Positions 26,301 to 40,409 are shown, counted from the first letter of the stretch. The stretch: 64,000 nt of DNA from Eledone cirrhosa (GCA_964016885.1 OZ024740.1:60760001-60824000), one strand, 5' to 3'. Numbers and translations: made by a program. Notes: a model not told the origin generated them from the sequence alone.

Positions 26301-27504
26301 ACCTTGACTTCGCTAAAGCTTTTAATTCTGTGCCACACAAAAGGCTTATGGTGAAACTCTCTGCAATGGGTGTGAAGGATGATCTTTTTAACTGGTTGAA
26401 ATCCTTCATTCTCAGCCGAAAAGAGGTAGTCACGGTTCTAGGACAGCATTCTTCACCATATGAGATGTCAGCTGGTGTACCACAGGGATCTGTTCTTGGT
26501 CCCCTTTTGTTTGTGGCATACATTAATGACATAGATGCCAACTTAAAGAATGCCACAGTACTGAAATATGCAGATGACATCAAGCTGTACCTTGAAATCA
26601 AAAGGACAGATCCTGAAATCTATAACTCTTTCCTACAATCAGACCTGGACACAATGCAGCAATGGATCACAGACTGGCAACTGAAGCTGGCTGTTTACAA
26701 GTGTACCACCATGCATTTTGGGAGGAAAAATCTAGCGTCCACATACTCCCTCCACAACACTGATATCAAGAAGTCCTCTTGTGAACGTGACCTGGGCATT
26801 ACTGTCAGCAGCGATTTGCATTGGACAAAGTATGTCTCTAAGATTGTCAAGAAGGCCGAGGGTGTCTTGGCATCACTCAGCAAGATTTTTGTTAGCCGCT
26901 CTCCAGCCATCTATTTAAAGCTGTATACAGCTATGGTACGACCACACTTGGAATTCGCATCATCAGTCTGGAACCCCTATCTTGCTCAGAACATTGACCT
27001 CCTGAAAACTGTTCAGAGACGTGCAACCAAGCGCATACCCTCCATCAGACACCTACGATACTCTGAACGCCTTGCTTCCCTGGGCATGGATTCATTGAAG
27101 CTCCGACGTCTGGCAATGGACTTAGTAAACACCCACAAAGTTATTACCAATCTCGCCAACAAGAACCCTGAGCACGTGGACATGTCTACAAAGTCAGAAA
27201 ACAGCACAGCTCCTATGACTTTCGGAAACATTTTTTCACGCTTAGAGTTGCTGAAGTATGGAACAAACTGCCTGCATCAGTTGTTAGCTGCCAAGACACT
27301 GCATCCTTTAAAACCCTCATGCTTCCCAAAATTCGCCAAAACTACACCTGATGTCCCCCTTCCATGCACATGCACACGTGTATATCATGATGCATGCTCT
27401 CTTCATTTTCCTGACGGTTGTACATTACCCTATGTACTATACATACACTTTTGATGAGTTGTAGTGCACCTGAGCACTGTACACAATATTTTCATTATTA
27501 TTAT
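23360..27504 (+). mobile_element. Near-full-length, inactivated CR1-like LINE (ORF1 + APE/RT ORF2)
   Basis: ORF1 remnants: Cys cluster, Gln-rich tract, coiled-coil, LGRPG.KPRLIRLSF. APE motifs LNARSL, VTET, RKDR..RRGGGV, VYRP, AGDFNHP, TLDLIF, LGDSDH. RT motifs YLDFAKAFNSVPH, GVPQGSVLGPLLF, KYADD, ERDLGI, RPHLEFASSVWNPY. 3' end gtgcacctgagcactgtacacaata..(ATT)n. Several frameshifts and stops; 5' boundary approximate. Confidence 0.93.
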
Positions 27505-29277
27505 AAGAGCTCCCTCCCATGGGCAGCTAGTCTTAAATTCCTCAGTCATGGCCTGAGGGACAATAATAAAGAGGAGGGGATATTGACCATCTTTTACATC
27601 CCTTCCACCTTCTCTTTAATGATACTGTGCTTTCCCATGATGGGCTTTCAGAATGATAAATACATACACTGATATAGCAAGACTAAGGCCACACACACAC
27701 ATATGCACATTGACTGAATATATATATAAAGTTGCTCATGCTTACTTATATATATTCCAAAATTCTGAACTAGAGCATATTTATTGCTTAGTGAACTTTA
27801 AGATTACATGAAATGTGATTTGTATTTGAAAAGATGGAAAAAAATAATAATGATAATAAATATTGTTGAAGAGAAAAATAAAATAGAAAAATTTTACTTG
27901 GCTATAACCAGTTTCTTTCTGTTAACAAAATGCTTTTAAATATTACTTTTTGACCTTTCAACAAGTACACCCCTCTAAAAAATCTTCAGACATTTTTAGC
28001 TAAAAGCTCTTTAATGTACATAACATTTCCATGTAAAGCATTAGTATAAAAATTGCAAACTTGTACAAAAAAGGAAGAAAAAAAAACATGATAAATTTTG
28101 AGTTGTGCTTTCATCAAATAGATTTGAAATGAGTAGTTATTTTGTTTTAAATATTCATTTGTTTTTAAGAGAGATGTTCTTAAAACTCTCAATAGAATTT
28201 GAAGAGTTTACTGTGTCGAGAGCTAATATCAGTTTTCCCTCTTTTAAAGCTAAGAGTAGAGAATAAAAATACTTCCCATGTTGTGTTTTAATATTAAGAC
28301 TGTTTTGTCTTTTTAACATATTACATTGATTTTTTTTTTCAATGAACATGATTTGGATAGTTTTGAAAATTCAGACATTTGCATAAATTGTTGAAGGTGT
28401 TTTTTTTAATGGCTGCATTCTTACTTCTTGTATCAACTACTTAACCATTCAACATATCTAATAAACAAACTGACCAAAATAATTATGTCTAAAAGTACAA
28501 CAGATCACCTCTAACAGAATTCCAAATATTAATTCATTGGTTATCAGTCAAACACATTAGGAAACATGTCATTTGTTCACAAGTAGAAACAATTATTAAG
28601 CACAATAACAACTAGAAGTTTACCAAATGTTATGGTACTTACCAGCTAAATTCTTAAAGTTTTTTACTGGTTTCAGAAATTGGACTGCTTTTCTACTCAG
28701 GCTACGCCTTTAAGAGTTTTTGTCATATATATGAACCCAGGCATTTTGTGTGGTACTTATTTCATCCTTCATGCAAATTTTAAAAAATGCAAAGTTGGTA
28801 CTGGTGTAAGAGGAGATAACTTTGTAGGGTATTTCTGTTCAAATTACACCATGCTGATATAAAACTTTACCTATGTATAGGCATTACAACGTTGGACAAA
28901 ATAACTTGCAGTATGTGTTCTAGTTTTCTGCATTTTAAGTTCCAATCCTGTTGAGATCAACTTTACCTTTTCTCATTTTGAAGTTGATAAAATAAATTAT
29001 CAGTTCAGAGTGATGAATTGGAAAAATTATTAGAGCGCCGGATGCTATATTTTGCAGTATGTATTCAAGCTGTTTTCATTCTAAGTTCAAATCCCATTGT
29101 GGCTTACTTGGGTGGTATAATTAGTACAATGCCTGATTTAACCTATCTGGTCCTTGAGAGCCTTTAATAGATTCCACTCTGTTGCAAGCATTTCGACTAG
29201 GTTTGAGGATACCTTTCTCCCATCAGTTTAGGCCTTGAGAAGAGTCATAAGCACTAATCTTCTCTCCTAGTCTAAAC

Positions 29278-29433
29278 CAGCAGTTGCCAACCTTTCAGAC
29301 CTCATCGACCACTAAATTCATAATTTAAAATCCTGCGGACCATTAATATGAAATTTTTAAAAAAAATAAATACATTAAAATTTTTCTGCAGACTACCAAA
29401 ATTTTCTCTCGGACCACATGTTGGCGACTGCTG
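29278..29433. mobile_element. hAT-like MITE
   Basis: Termini cagcagttgccaac / gttggcgactgctg; 8-bp flanks gtctaaac and cactaaac (6/8 identical). Confidence 0.75.
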
Positions 29434-29723
29434 CACTAAACAATAAAAAGCAAACATATAAATACACAAGTTTCCACACAGCTTCATTCAATAAAAATGT
29501 TATTCGCAATGTACTGGCCAACCGAAAACACTTGTCTAAAGTGGTATTTGATATTGAACTGAGAACTATGAGATTACAAAGCCAACTTCTTCAGCACACG
29601 GCCATCCTTGCACTCATGTATGTGTTTGTATAGTTCAGAGCATTGCTTATATATATGGTGTGTGTGCATGTGTGTGTAATTTTTTTATTATACAACTCTA
29701 CTCAATAACAAACTGCAACAAGC

Positions 29724-29952
29724 TTAACCCTTTAGCATCTTCATTACTCTATATTTACTATTATATTTTCATAGTCAAGGCTTTATTTCACATAATTATC
29801 GCACATAATATCGAATCTATGAGATTTTGATATTATTTATTTTGAAAACAATACCTTAATGTCAATATGAGTGGCCAGTTACAGCCGGTTTGAACAGAAA
29901 TAGGTGAAAGAATTCTGGCCGGTTATGGTCAGTTTAAATGCCAAAGGGTTAA
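29724..29952 (+). mobile_element. TTAA-flanked MITE, copy 2
   Basis: TTAACCCTTTAGCAT...ATGCCAAAGGGTTAA, 229 bp. Confidence 0.92.
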
Positions 29953-30154
29953 ACTAACCAAAAATTCACCACATTAAATGCAAACATTCAGCTAAAATAA
30001 AACTAAAATTAAAAGAACAGAAAAAGCCTTCATACCAAAGACATTTCAATGGGGATATCAGAGGCATGATACTACATATATTATTCTTTATGAAACATTT
30101 TTCTGCATTGATCTTGTTACCTAATTGAATTTGTATTCTATCTCTATTTTACAG

Positions 30155-30335
30155 GAGAAGTATTGTCTTTCTACTTATCTCGGCTTCTTGGACTTGATAA
30201 TGTACCCATAGTTAGTCTTTCTCAAGTGAATCATTCTTCCATTCAATGGAAAGGAATAAACTTCAGCAAACTGCAATGGACAGAAGGGAATTTAGTTGCT
30301 CTTATTCAATGGATCCCGGGTATTTCAACAGTAAG
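30155..30335 (+). CDS. fj: Four-jointed kinase exon B
   Basis: Acceptor tctctattttacAG; reads (G)EVLSFYLSRLLGLDNVPIVSLSQVNHSSIQWKGINFSKLQWTEGNLVALIQWIPGISTV(R). GE..S.YL.RLLGL is the fj/FJX1-like segment. Donor ag|GTAAAA at 30336, phase 2. N-glycosylation sequons NHS and NFS fit a Golgi-lumenal protein. Confidence 0.9.
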
Positions 30336-30663
30336 GTAAAACCTTTTTTTTTATTTTTGTTTATCAGTTGACTCATGCTTTTATGCTTTTTATTGTAAAA
30401 CAACAATTGATAATAATTAATAATTAAAACCTATCAAAATAGTTATACTTTTACTTTTCTTTTACTGATTTTAGTCATTAGACTGCAACCATACTGAGGC
30501 ACAGCCTTCAAGGGATATTTAGTTGATCATATCAACCCCAGTACTTCTTTCAAGTCTCATATATACTTTATTCATCTTTGTTTACAATACAGAAAACATA
30601 AACTCAGATATAATCATACTTACACACACAAATAGACACATGCATATATATATATATATTTAT

Positions 30664-30915
30664 ATCATCATCATCGTTTTACGTCCATTCTACCACGTTA
30701 GCATGGGTTAGATGGGTAGTCCTATTGTGGGCAATGCCAGGTCAGGTGACCCTGTCTTGCTCATACAGAACTGATTTTGGCCTGATTTCTACAGCTGGAT
30801 GCCCTTCCTAACACCAACCTCATTTACAGTGAGTACTGAGTGCTTTTTTACCGTGGCACCTACACGTCCACTTCACAGTATGAACTGGGTGCTTTTTTTT
30901 TCGTGACACCTCCAC
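30664..30915 (-). mobile_element. Non-autonomous RTE-tail element (SINE 3' part)
   Basis: (CAT)n, gcatgggtt and ggatgcccttcctaacaccaacc, shared with the RTE 3' UTR at 42788-43050. Confidence 0.8.
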
Positions 30916-31487
30916 AACCACTTTATATATATATATATATACACACACATAGTTTCCACCTACTAAATTTTACTGACAAGGCCATTTGTCAACCTGGGGT
31001 CACAGTAAAAGACACTTGCCCATGGTACTATACATGGGAATGCACCTGAAACTATGTGATTGTGAAGTAAACTCCTAAACCATGTTTACACCTAAAATAA
31101 TTTTATTTATTTAATGCACATGTATTCTGTACAAAATATATTGCAGAAGCAGATTTGATAAATTAGTTCCAGCTAGTAACTGATTGGCAAAAGAAAATAA
31201 GAATATTCTATTACTGTACCAACAGCATGAGACAGCCAGTTTATTATATATGGTAATCTAGTACACTGAAGCTGCTAATCAGTATTTTTATTCAAGCTGA
31301 AAGACAGACAAAAGCTTAATGTACATGTTTCCTGTAAGCACTACTTAACCCTTTCATGACCATATTTTTAGAAAATACTCTGCATTTTGATTAATTGGTA
31401 AATAATTTAGAGGGATTTAATAGTATTTGTGCATTTGTGATATAACAAAATGTCCCTATGTCAAATTGTATTAGAATATTTTTATTT

Positions 31488-31875
31488 AGTGAAGGCGCAT
31501 GGCTTAGTGGTTAGAGCATTGGGCTTGCAATCGAAAGGTTGTGAGTTCAATTCTCGGACCGGGTGATGTGTTGTTTCCTTGAGCAAGACATTTTATTTCA
31601 CGTTGCTCCAGTTTACTCAGCTGAAAATGAGTACCAGCAATAGCTGGAGGTTTAACCCTGTGATGGACTGGGGGGTGTCTTGTACTCTCAGTCGCTTCAC
31701 GCCATGAAACCGAGATAAGCACCGGCCAAATGAGCCTTCTGGCTTAAGACAGACTTTAGACTTACGGCCTGCCCACCCAGCCAGTGGGATGGCATCATTG
31801 TATGGCTAAAACAGCAGCGTGCTGTGACCAGCGGCGCCAAATGCCACCCGACAGACTGGTCGGTCAAGGTGATTT
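31488..31875 (+). mobile_element. SINE family B copy with a distinct body
   Basis: Family B head, then aaccctgtgatggactgg...ctcagtcgcttcacgccatgaaaccg. Confidence 0.85.
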
Positions 31876-32414
31876 TTATTTAAATAGAAACTCTTTTAAA
31901 ATGGGTGATTTCATTTAATAGATCTAGGGGTGATTTTGGGGTGCATTAGTATCAAAAGGAAAATAATTACAAAAAATTTAGAAATTTAAAAGCTTTTCTC
32001 AACTATTGTTTGCTGTTTATGCTACCTGTTGTGGTTTTATATTTGATTGTTATAATTTCACAACAAAGGTAACATACACTCCACAAGATGAAGTACAGGC
32101 AAATTACTAAGGAAAACATTAATTCTGAAAAAAAAAACCACAATACAACTCTTTAGAGTGACACATTACAAACACCTAGTCCATGCTGTAAAGTAATTAA
32201 TAAGAGGAAAGATATTCAACTGCAAAAACCATGCTAATACATAAAGATTGGTGATTTTCTTTATTGCTCTGTCTGCCAGATGATGAAAGTCATAACAAGT
32301 AGTGAGACATTGCTAGCATGGAAAAATACATTTTAAAATGAAGGTGATAATATTAGAAACTGATTCACTGAATAGGAAAGTCACTTCATATTTCTTTTAC
32401 TTGGAAAGTGAAAG

Positions 32415-32800
32415 TGTTGATTCCACGATAAAATGTACCCAGTTCACTCTGTAAAGTGGTAGGGCTGGTTCCATGATAAAATACACCCAGTTCACACTGT
32501 AAAGTGATAGTGCTATTGCCATGATAAAATGCACCCAGCCCACACTAGTTGCACAAAAAAACACCCAGTCCAACCTGTCATGGTAATGGTGGTACCATGA
32601 GAAAACGAACCTGGTATATGTAATGAAGTGGTTGGCATTAGGAAGATCATTCAGCAGTAAAAGCATGCCAGAATGGAACGTATGAGTGAGACACAGTTAT
32701 CTAACCTGTCAAACCTCAGAATGTGATAAATTGTTTAACTCATGCAAGCATGGAAAATTGATGTAAAATGGTAATGGTGAGGATAATGATGGTGATGAAA
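32415..32800 (+). mobile_element. RTE-tail element with internal ~42-bp tandem repeats
   Basis: cca(t/c)gataaaat..acccag..cac.ct occurs three to four times, then tggttggcattaggaag and catgcaagcatggaaaa. Confidence 0.7.
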
Positions 32801-33135
32801 TGAGTTATTATTTCAACTTTTGAACAAGGATACCAAATATTGGCAGCAAGATGGGTACAAAATATATGCAGTAAGATGTGAACTCCTAACCTGAAAGCAA
32901 AGAATTTGGTTCTGTGTCTGCATAATCATCGTGCTTCAGTCATGATTTCATAATTTAATAATGAAGCATTTTCCAATGACACCATACAATACCAGTAATA
33001 TATTATGCCATGATGTGGTTGAAAATAATCAGGTGTAGGCATGGCTAGCTGTATAGTTAAGAAATTCCCTTCCCAACCACATAGTTTTGGTATCAATCCA
33101 AATGTGTGCCACCTTGAAGAAATATCTACTCTTTA

Positions 33136-33735
33136 TAATAATAATAATAATGAAATTATTGAGTACAGTGCTCAGGTGCACTACAACTCGTCAAAGGTGC
33201 ATGTATAATACATAGAATAATATACAAATGTCAGGGAAGTGAATAGTGTATGAGTCATGATATACATGTGTGCGTGTGTATGGAGGGGAATATTAGGTGT
33301 AGTGTTGGCGAATCTCAGGAAGCATAGCGGTTTTAAAGGATGCAGTGTCTCGACAGCTAATAACTGATGCAGGTAGTTTGTTCCATGCTTCAGCAGCAAC
33401 TCTGAGCGTGATTGTTTCCGAAAGTCATGGGAGCTGTGCTGTTTTCTGACTTTGTGGGCATGTCCATGTGTGTTAGACACATGGAAATCAAAAAGGTACT
33501 CAGGGTTGTTGTTGTTGGCAAGATGGTTAATAATTTTGTGGGTGTTTACCAAGTCAGTTGCCAGATGTCAGAGCTTCAGTGTATCCATGCCCAGGGAAGC
33601 AAGGCATTCAGAGTATGGTAGATGCCTGATGGAGGGTATTTGCTTGGTTGCATGTCTCTGAACAGTTTCCAGGCAGTCAATGTTCTGAGTAAGATAGGAG
33701 TTCCAGACTGGTGATGCAAAATCTAAGTGTATGGG
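33136..33735 (-). mobile_element. CR1-like LINE 3' fragment, same family as 23360-27504
   Basis: HLDFASPVWNSYL.QNID.LETVQR..TK.IPSIRHL.YSE; 3' terminus and (ATT)n tail nearly identical to the long copy. Confidence 0.93.
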
Positions 33736-34063
33736 TTTAACCAATGTGAGTGGAATTTGGTAAATGGAAACTGCGGAAGCCTGTCTGTCATATATACACA
33801 CACATATATATTCATATCTATACACACACCACATACATATACATAGATGTATATAAAAATAAACACTAAGAGAAAATCTTCCACATGATTTAACTATTAA
33901 GATTTCGATATATTTCATGATCACAGAATCTTCTCCGACTATGTAATCAATGATATATCTCAATGCTATGTTTGGATTTAGTAGACAAAATACAATCTAT
34001 ATAATTCTACTATTGGTGCCTAATGAAGCATTGAAGGTATGAAATAAAAGTAAATTAAAATAC

Positions 34064-34543
34064 TGTGATCTGTCGGTTAACTACATTGTCCAGCCTGTGA
34101 CGTTCGAGACGTTTGGGGGACGGGCTACTGACTGTGAGATTCTTATCTTCACTGGCAACTTGCTTAACAAAGATAACTGGTGATGCTCGTGAGGGCACTT
34201 GGTTGATCCAGCACCTCAGCCTCGCCATCACCCAAAGTAACACTGCACTGGCTTGCCTAAAAAATTATTAGAGAGGTTTCCCAGTGCTCCTAGCGATACT
34301 GTTATCTTTTACTATGGTAGCGGTTCGTTTGTCCACCCCCTTTCGCCTCCTTTTGTTGTATGTGGTCCCAGATGTATGTATTACATGCTTGTGTGTGTGT
34401 TTTTCTCTTCCCCTTTCCTTTGCATATATCATATTGGTTTGTGTTTTCATTCTGTAAGCATTATATTATTATATGTTTTATACAACCATGAATAAAACAG
34501 ATAAATGTTGTTATTGTTAAGAAAATGTGACCATTATGTTACA
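34064..34543 (+). mobile_element. Candidate solo LTR
   Basis: TGTGA...TTACA termini; flanks atac/atag; AATAAA near 34491; more GC/CpG-rich than its surroundings. Confidence 0.5.
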
Positions 34544-37445
34544 ATAGAGACATTTCAAGAGTAAAGCCACAGCATCTTTCCGTTTTAGTAAATTCTATTT
34601 CTTTATTTAAATGATATAACTGTATTAATAAAAATGCTAATTACGTGGTGTTGAATGTTATATTTCCAGTTCTGAAAAGTCTCAAGCAAAAATATTCATA
34701 AACGGCAAAAAACAAAGTTTTACATAAACCAATGAAAGAACACATATATGGTTGACTTGCTAGAAATAGCAAACAAATCTCAGGTGCAGGCATGGCTGGT
34801 TGTATAGTTAAGAGCTTCCCTTCACAACCACATAGTTTTGGTCTCAATCTTGGCGACATATTAGATATGAATATGTGTGCTTGTGTGTGTATGTATAACA
34901 GACAGTCTTCCACAGTTTTAAAAAAGAAAAGCCATATTGGATATTGTGGTCATATATACAGTAGGCTTCATAAAAGATGAGATAGCATCTATTATGGCTT
35001 TAATCATAGGTCTACTTGATTTAGGCTGACCTGAGGCTAGACAACAATGATTTTTTACAAATGAATTCAAATTTATAGGTGATGATGAAGGTGAAAAAGA
35101 GGGTATGGAAATGAGATGTTAGCAATGTAAATGAAATAAAAATGGACACAGGTAGGTGTCTTAAACGGTGTTGTCAACACAGGTTGCCACAAGTTTGTCT
35201 ATATACAATTCACTTTCTTATGACTGCGCCAACTATTAACCTATTGTTCTTACTTCCAACATCTCAAAGGTGATGTTGTCAGTCATTAACAATAACCTCA
35301 AAACACATTAAACTCCTCTCCCCTCTCAATACCAGACCAACTAGAAACCTGCTCTTCTATATCACTCACCAGTGCACCCTTGCTTAAACTGGGTGAAAAC
35401 AGTATTCTTTGTTACATTTGGCATCAAGAAAAGATTTGTTTGTGATTTGTATGAAAATATCATGAAAGAATTGCTTGCCTATGGACATCATTCATCTCTT
35501 AAATTGGTCATTCCTGCAAGATTACACCATTGTGACATATGCTGATGGAACTCTCTGACCCAACCTCTATGAACTCTGATGTGCAGTTACGTCCCCTTCA
35601 CTCTTCCTCTTGCATATCAACAACCTATATGCTTTCACCTCTCAAAGCATTTACTCTTATGTAGGTGATACTAACTTTCACCCCACCCTAACCTTCTGCA
35701 CACATATATAATCCTTATGCAACATAAACCTCTTACACCAAACCTAAACAGAGACCTCATAACCATTTTCCAAAGAATCCATGTCAATCTTGTTTGCTTC
35801 AACAGCCTTAAGACACAATCCATCAAGGAAATACAATTTTACCCCCATCTTCCTGTCATAGACAACCTGCAATTACTGATTATCTCCCCTGGCAATCTCA
35901 CATCCACAACATAACATAAGCTGCACCCCAACATTGACCATCTTTTTTAGAGCCAAACAATACATCAGTTCTCAACAAAACATATATGAGACCCACACTG
36001 GAATATTGCTTCCATTATCTGAAAAGGTGATGTTGACATCTTAGACTACACCCAAAAATTGGTCATCCAGCTGATTGGTATGGTGCCATGGAGTCAGGAA
36101 CCAACTAACTTTATCCTCCGAGTTGTAGATGTACTGTCTCTTCACTCTACCTTTTCTTCTACTACTACTACTACAATGGCCTGTACTCTTCATGGCTGGC
36201 CAGTCTCATGTTACCTCCATCCAAGCCCTCCTGACTCACTCATCTCTTCTTCTCGTGTGTCTAGTCCCCACTAAACAAAATACTGACCACTATACATAAT
36301 CCTTCTTTCCACAAACATCATTTGTTTGAACTTCCTCTTTGTCTATGTTTTACCTGCAGTCATCAATTTGCAGTTAGTTTTGGGAAGCGTGTGAAGCCAA
36401 TAAACACAGCCCCGTTTTTTATGTATGTATAGACCTATAACTTCTAGAGGAGTTGTATGGGTGTCACTATGATATACAGCATCCTTTAAGCCAAACCATT
36501 AAAAAAAAGACAGCCTAGCATATCTAAGAACTAAGTTACTAGGACATAACACAACGCAGTGCTCATCTGTTTATTTGGCACCCTATTAACTCAGCCATTT
36601 TTATTATCCCATTAAACAAATTAGAATGTCAGACAACTAGCCGGAAAAAAAAATACTGTAAAAATAATGATGTGAATTGAAAATATATATATATATATCT
36701 ATCAAATTTTAAATTTCTGTTGCTTTTTATATAATGGAAAAATACAATTCCGATACTCTTCAAATATATTTTTCAATTATTTTTGTATAGTTTATTTACA
36801 ACAATATAAAGCAACCGTTACAGGCTAGAGTTAATTTTATGCCTGACAACCTATAAAGAAGTATTTGAAAATATGAATGACATTTGGGACAATTTAGTTA
36901 AATACATTCCGTCTAGTGCAACCATGCAAACACAGCCCTGTTTCTCTATTGATTCGCTATACACTGGAGAACATCATCTCTTTAAATTGTGTCTATTTTT
37001 TAATCATATGCTAGAGAAGGTTCAATTGATTATTCATCTTCTATGTAAATGGCCATTAGAAAAATGAAAGAATAAAACAAAAGCAATCAGTCAGAATTAA
37101 CTGTATTGTTTCAACATGTCAGTTCCAATATGAAATGCATTAAGAAAATAACATTTCCCAGACAATCAATTTAATATTTCTAGCAGGGAAATACAAAATG
37201 GGGTAAAAAAAAAATGTTCAAACGTCTTTATGTTTATTTGTTATTTTAAAACATGCAGAGTAGAACTAGTTTCAACTGATACAGCATTTTAAAATTGTAA
37301 GTAGTGTCCTCTGGCTTGCAAAACAATGTAAAAATGTATAAAAACAGTGAGAGACATTTCAGCTTTGTTCAATTTCTTTTTGGTGTGAATATTCTAAAAA
37401 TGACATTTTATACACACACATACATGTAATGAGTGTGTATGTATA

Positions 37446-37505
<60 letters not shown>

Positions 37506-39097
37506 TTGTGTGGAAAATGAACGTTAAACGATGATGATGATGGTATCATCATCATCTCATGATGATGATGATGATGATGATGTGCATGCATGTATGTGTG
37601 TATTTTATGAAGGATTTTTATTATTAGTAGGATTCTCTCCCACCCCACTCCTAAAGAATATGAGCTGTGTTTCTGTAGTCAACTTTAATCAACTGTTCAG
37701 TGTAGTTGAATTGCAAGTTTTATTTTTTATTTCATGAGAATACCTTTTATGGGGGATTTTTAATATTGATTTTGTTAGCCATTTAATACCCTAACATTTC
37801 ATTTTTTATCACGATTTATTTGACTTCTGATATTTGAATATAAGGTAGGAAATTAGCAGAGTCATTAAAGTACCAGATAGATTCCAGTTCTCAGTAATAT
37901 GAGTTCAAATCCAGCCAAGTACCAGTCATATACTGGAGTCAATTTATCATCTCTGGAAGAAACCAGTTAGGGTCTAACTTGGGAGCAAGATGGGGTCTGC
38001 AAGGTTTAAAATACCCATAATACTCCTTATGTCATGACACTACCCCTACAACTCCAGAGTAAGCTAAAGGCTTGATTAAGGAAGGTTTTGAATATCCATT
38101 CCAATCTGGGGCCTTCTCATTCCTGTTGGAGAAACCCCTTCCTGGTTGATCTCTGCCACTTTCTGTTTGGTTTTGGTCATGTCGGGATGTACCCATACTC
38201 ACCATACTTAGACAATTGTGGGTTAGTGAGTATTTAACCCATAATTTGGGTGGATATCCATTGACTTTAACAGCTCTTTATTTGTATGCTGCTGGGGTTC
38301 CACTTAACCTCCTCACCAGACCCCTGTCTGGTGGAGGAGCGATTTAGTTGACAACCACTCAACCATTGGTAGGTACCAATAGCAGGCAGAAGCCTGACTA
38401 AACATATTTTGAATATACTACAGAATAAAGTACTTTGTATTTCCAATGTAAATGCTACCCTAATTAGCACAAAAGAAAATAGTGAACAAAGAATAGAATC
38501 TGAAATACATCTAAACCAAACTTTACATTCTTCATCAACTATGGAGTTAAATCTAATATCATTTCTAGGTTATTTTCATATATGACCACAAATGATTTGT
38601 TCACACTATGAGATCCTTGAATAAAGGATTTTAAAGTGCAGTTGTTTACATTTGACAAAATCTTAAAGCTGTTTTGCTAGAAAATGACATAAGCATTCCT
38701 ACATTTGAGCAAAATGTTTTTTATGTATTCTTTTGCATATTACTCCTAACTTGGCTTCTTTGTCGTGTTGAAATTTTAATATTCAGTTATATTTTATGTT
38801 AAACTCATGTCTAACAATGTCTAGAAAACCCAAAGCAAAACTTTTCAATGTTGCATTTGAATGTTTTCATATTAAAAAAAATTATTTTGTCTGGAATATG
38901 TTAGAAATTTGGTCCCAAGAGGAATAAATAACATTTGCTTAAATGTCTATTGTTAAGAAAAACATAACTGAATCTTGAGTATGTTAAATGTATTATTAGT
39001 TTTACGAACATTCCATCATGAATATAACATATGTTGTAAGGGCTTTATTCAAAAATTTTCTTTTTATATTTTACTTATGTTATTTTTTTAAACAAAT

Positions 39098-39285
39098 GCG
39101 GTGGATTGGCAGTATCGGTAGAGCGTCGGACGCCATGCTTTCCAGCATAGTTACGTCCCTTTACAATCTGAGTTCAAATCCCGCTGAGGTTGACTTTGCC
39201 TTTCATCCTTATGGGGTCGATAAAATAAAGTACCAGTAATGCACTGGGTAATTGCTGGCCTTGTGCCTAAAGTAGAAACAGTTAT
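39098..39285 (+). mobile_element. SINE family A copy with 19-bp TSD
   Basis: ttatttttttaaacaaatg at both 39080-39098 and 39282-39300. Confidence 0.93.
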
Positions 39286-39786
39286 TTTTTTAAACAAATG
39301 ATAATGAGTGAGAAGAAATAATAAAGCTTTGGAATAATTGCCATACAGTATTTAATTTTATCTCTACACGTTCTGGTCCCATCATTATCAATTTTAACTT
39401 TCATAATTTTGTATTTGATAGAATAAATAGTTCATCATTATCATCATTATTGTATGTCTGTCTTCCATGCTGACAGGGATTGGATAAGTTGTTACAGTTC
39501 AAAACAACTCCTATTTAAAGCTACAGCTCTCCTAAATAGATCAGGGTACTATTCCTCACATAGTTACTTCAGCTGAATGGCCTTCTTAACACCTACCATG
39601 TTATAAAGTATACTGCATGCATTTTATTGGCATCAGTACTATAGAGGTTGCCTTGTTCCATGCAAGATTAAAGAACCTTCTCTACTTCAAGTTGTCAGAC
39701 ATGACTAAGGGGAGCAATAGAAGAAAGAGTATAAGCATGAATATAATTGAATATATTGATAGAGAAAATGAGGTAGCAAGAAAAAG

Positions 39787-39890
39787 AATAATTGTTTCTA
39801 CTTTAGGCACAAGGCCAGTAATTACCCAGTACATTACTGGTACTTTATTTTATCGACCCCGTAAGGATGAAAGGCAAAGTTAACCTCGGC
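39787..39890 (-). mobile_element. 5'-truncated SINE family A copy
   Basis: Tail half only, with aaagaataat on both sides. Confidence 0.85.
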
Positions 39891-40409
39891 GAGAGAAAGA
39901 ATAATGGATGAGGAATAGTGATATGCAGCTTCATGTTGTGGGGAGATAGGGTGATGAAATGAGGAGTAATGAAAGAAAGGAAGAGTAATGTGAATCAACT
40001 ATAATTTGTGTGATATGGGAGGGAGTAATTCAAGAGAGAGTTAATAATCTGTAGAGTAAAGTTAACAATTTAGTCAACTATATGCTTCTACTGAAATATT
40101 GTTCTTTGATTTAGTCAAAAGTAATCAACACTACTTTGATTACAATTCATCTCAAGAATGACAGCAGAATGTTTTTCCATTTTTAATGGCTTTGAAGTTA
40201 CATGAACAGAAATTAATATCTTACAACTACAGCCATTCTAAAAATAAATGACATTATTCCTAACAGATGAATGATTAGCAATTGCTGTAACACTATGCAA
40301 ATATCTAAATATGCAAATGCTATATTACCAGTACTAGCATAGAGAAATAGATGTAAAATGGTAAAAATCGAAAACAAACTGACAGATATTATTAACAATT
40401 ATTAACTTT

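Noticed and set aside
31488-31570. tRNA gene (also at 6459, 50080, 52849 and family A heads)
   Set aside because: A and B boxes are present, but I could not fold a proper acceptor stem or find a terminator; each continues into a dispersed repeat body, so these are SINE heads.
35150-35950. Very old RT-like remnant (similar hints near 51750-52200)
   Set aside because: Only faint motif traces; family and boundaries cannot be supported.
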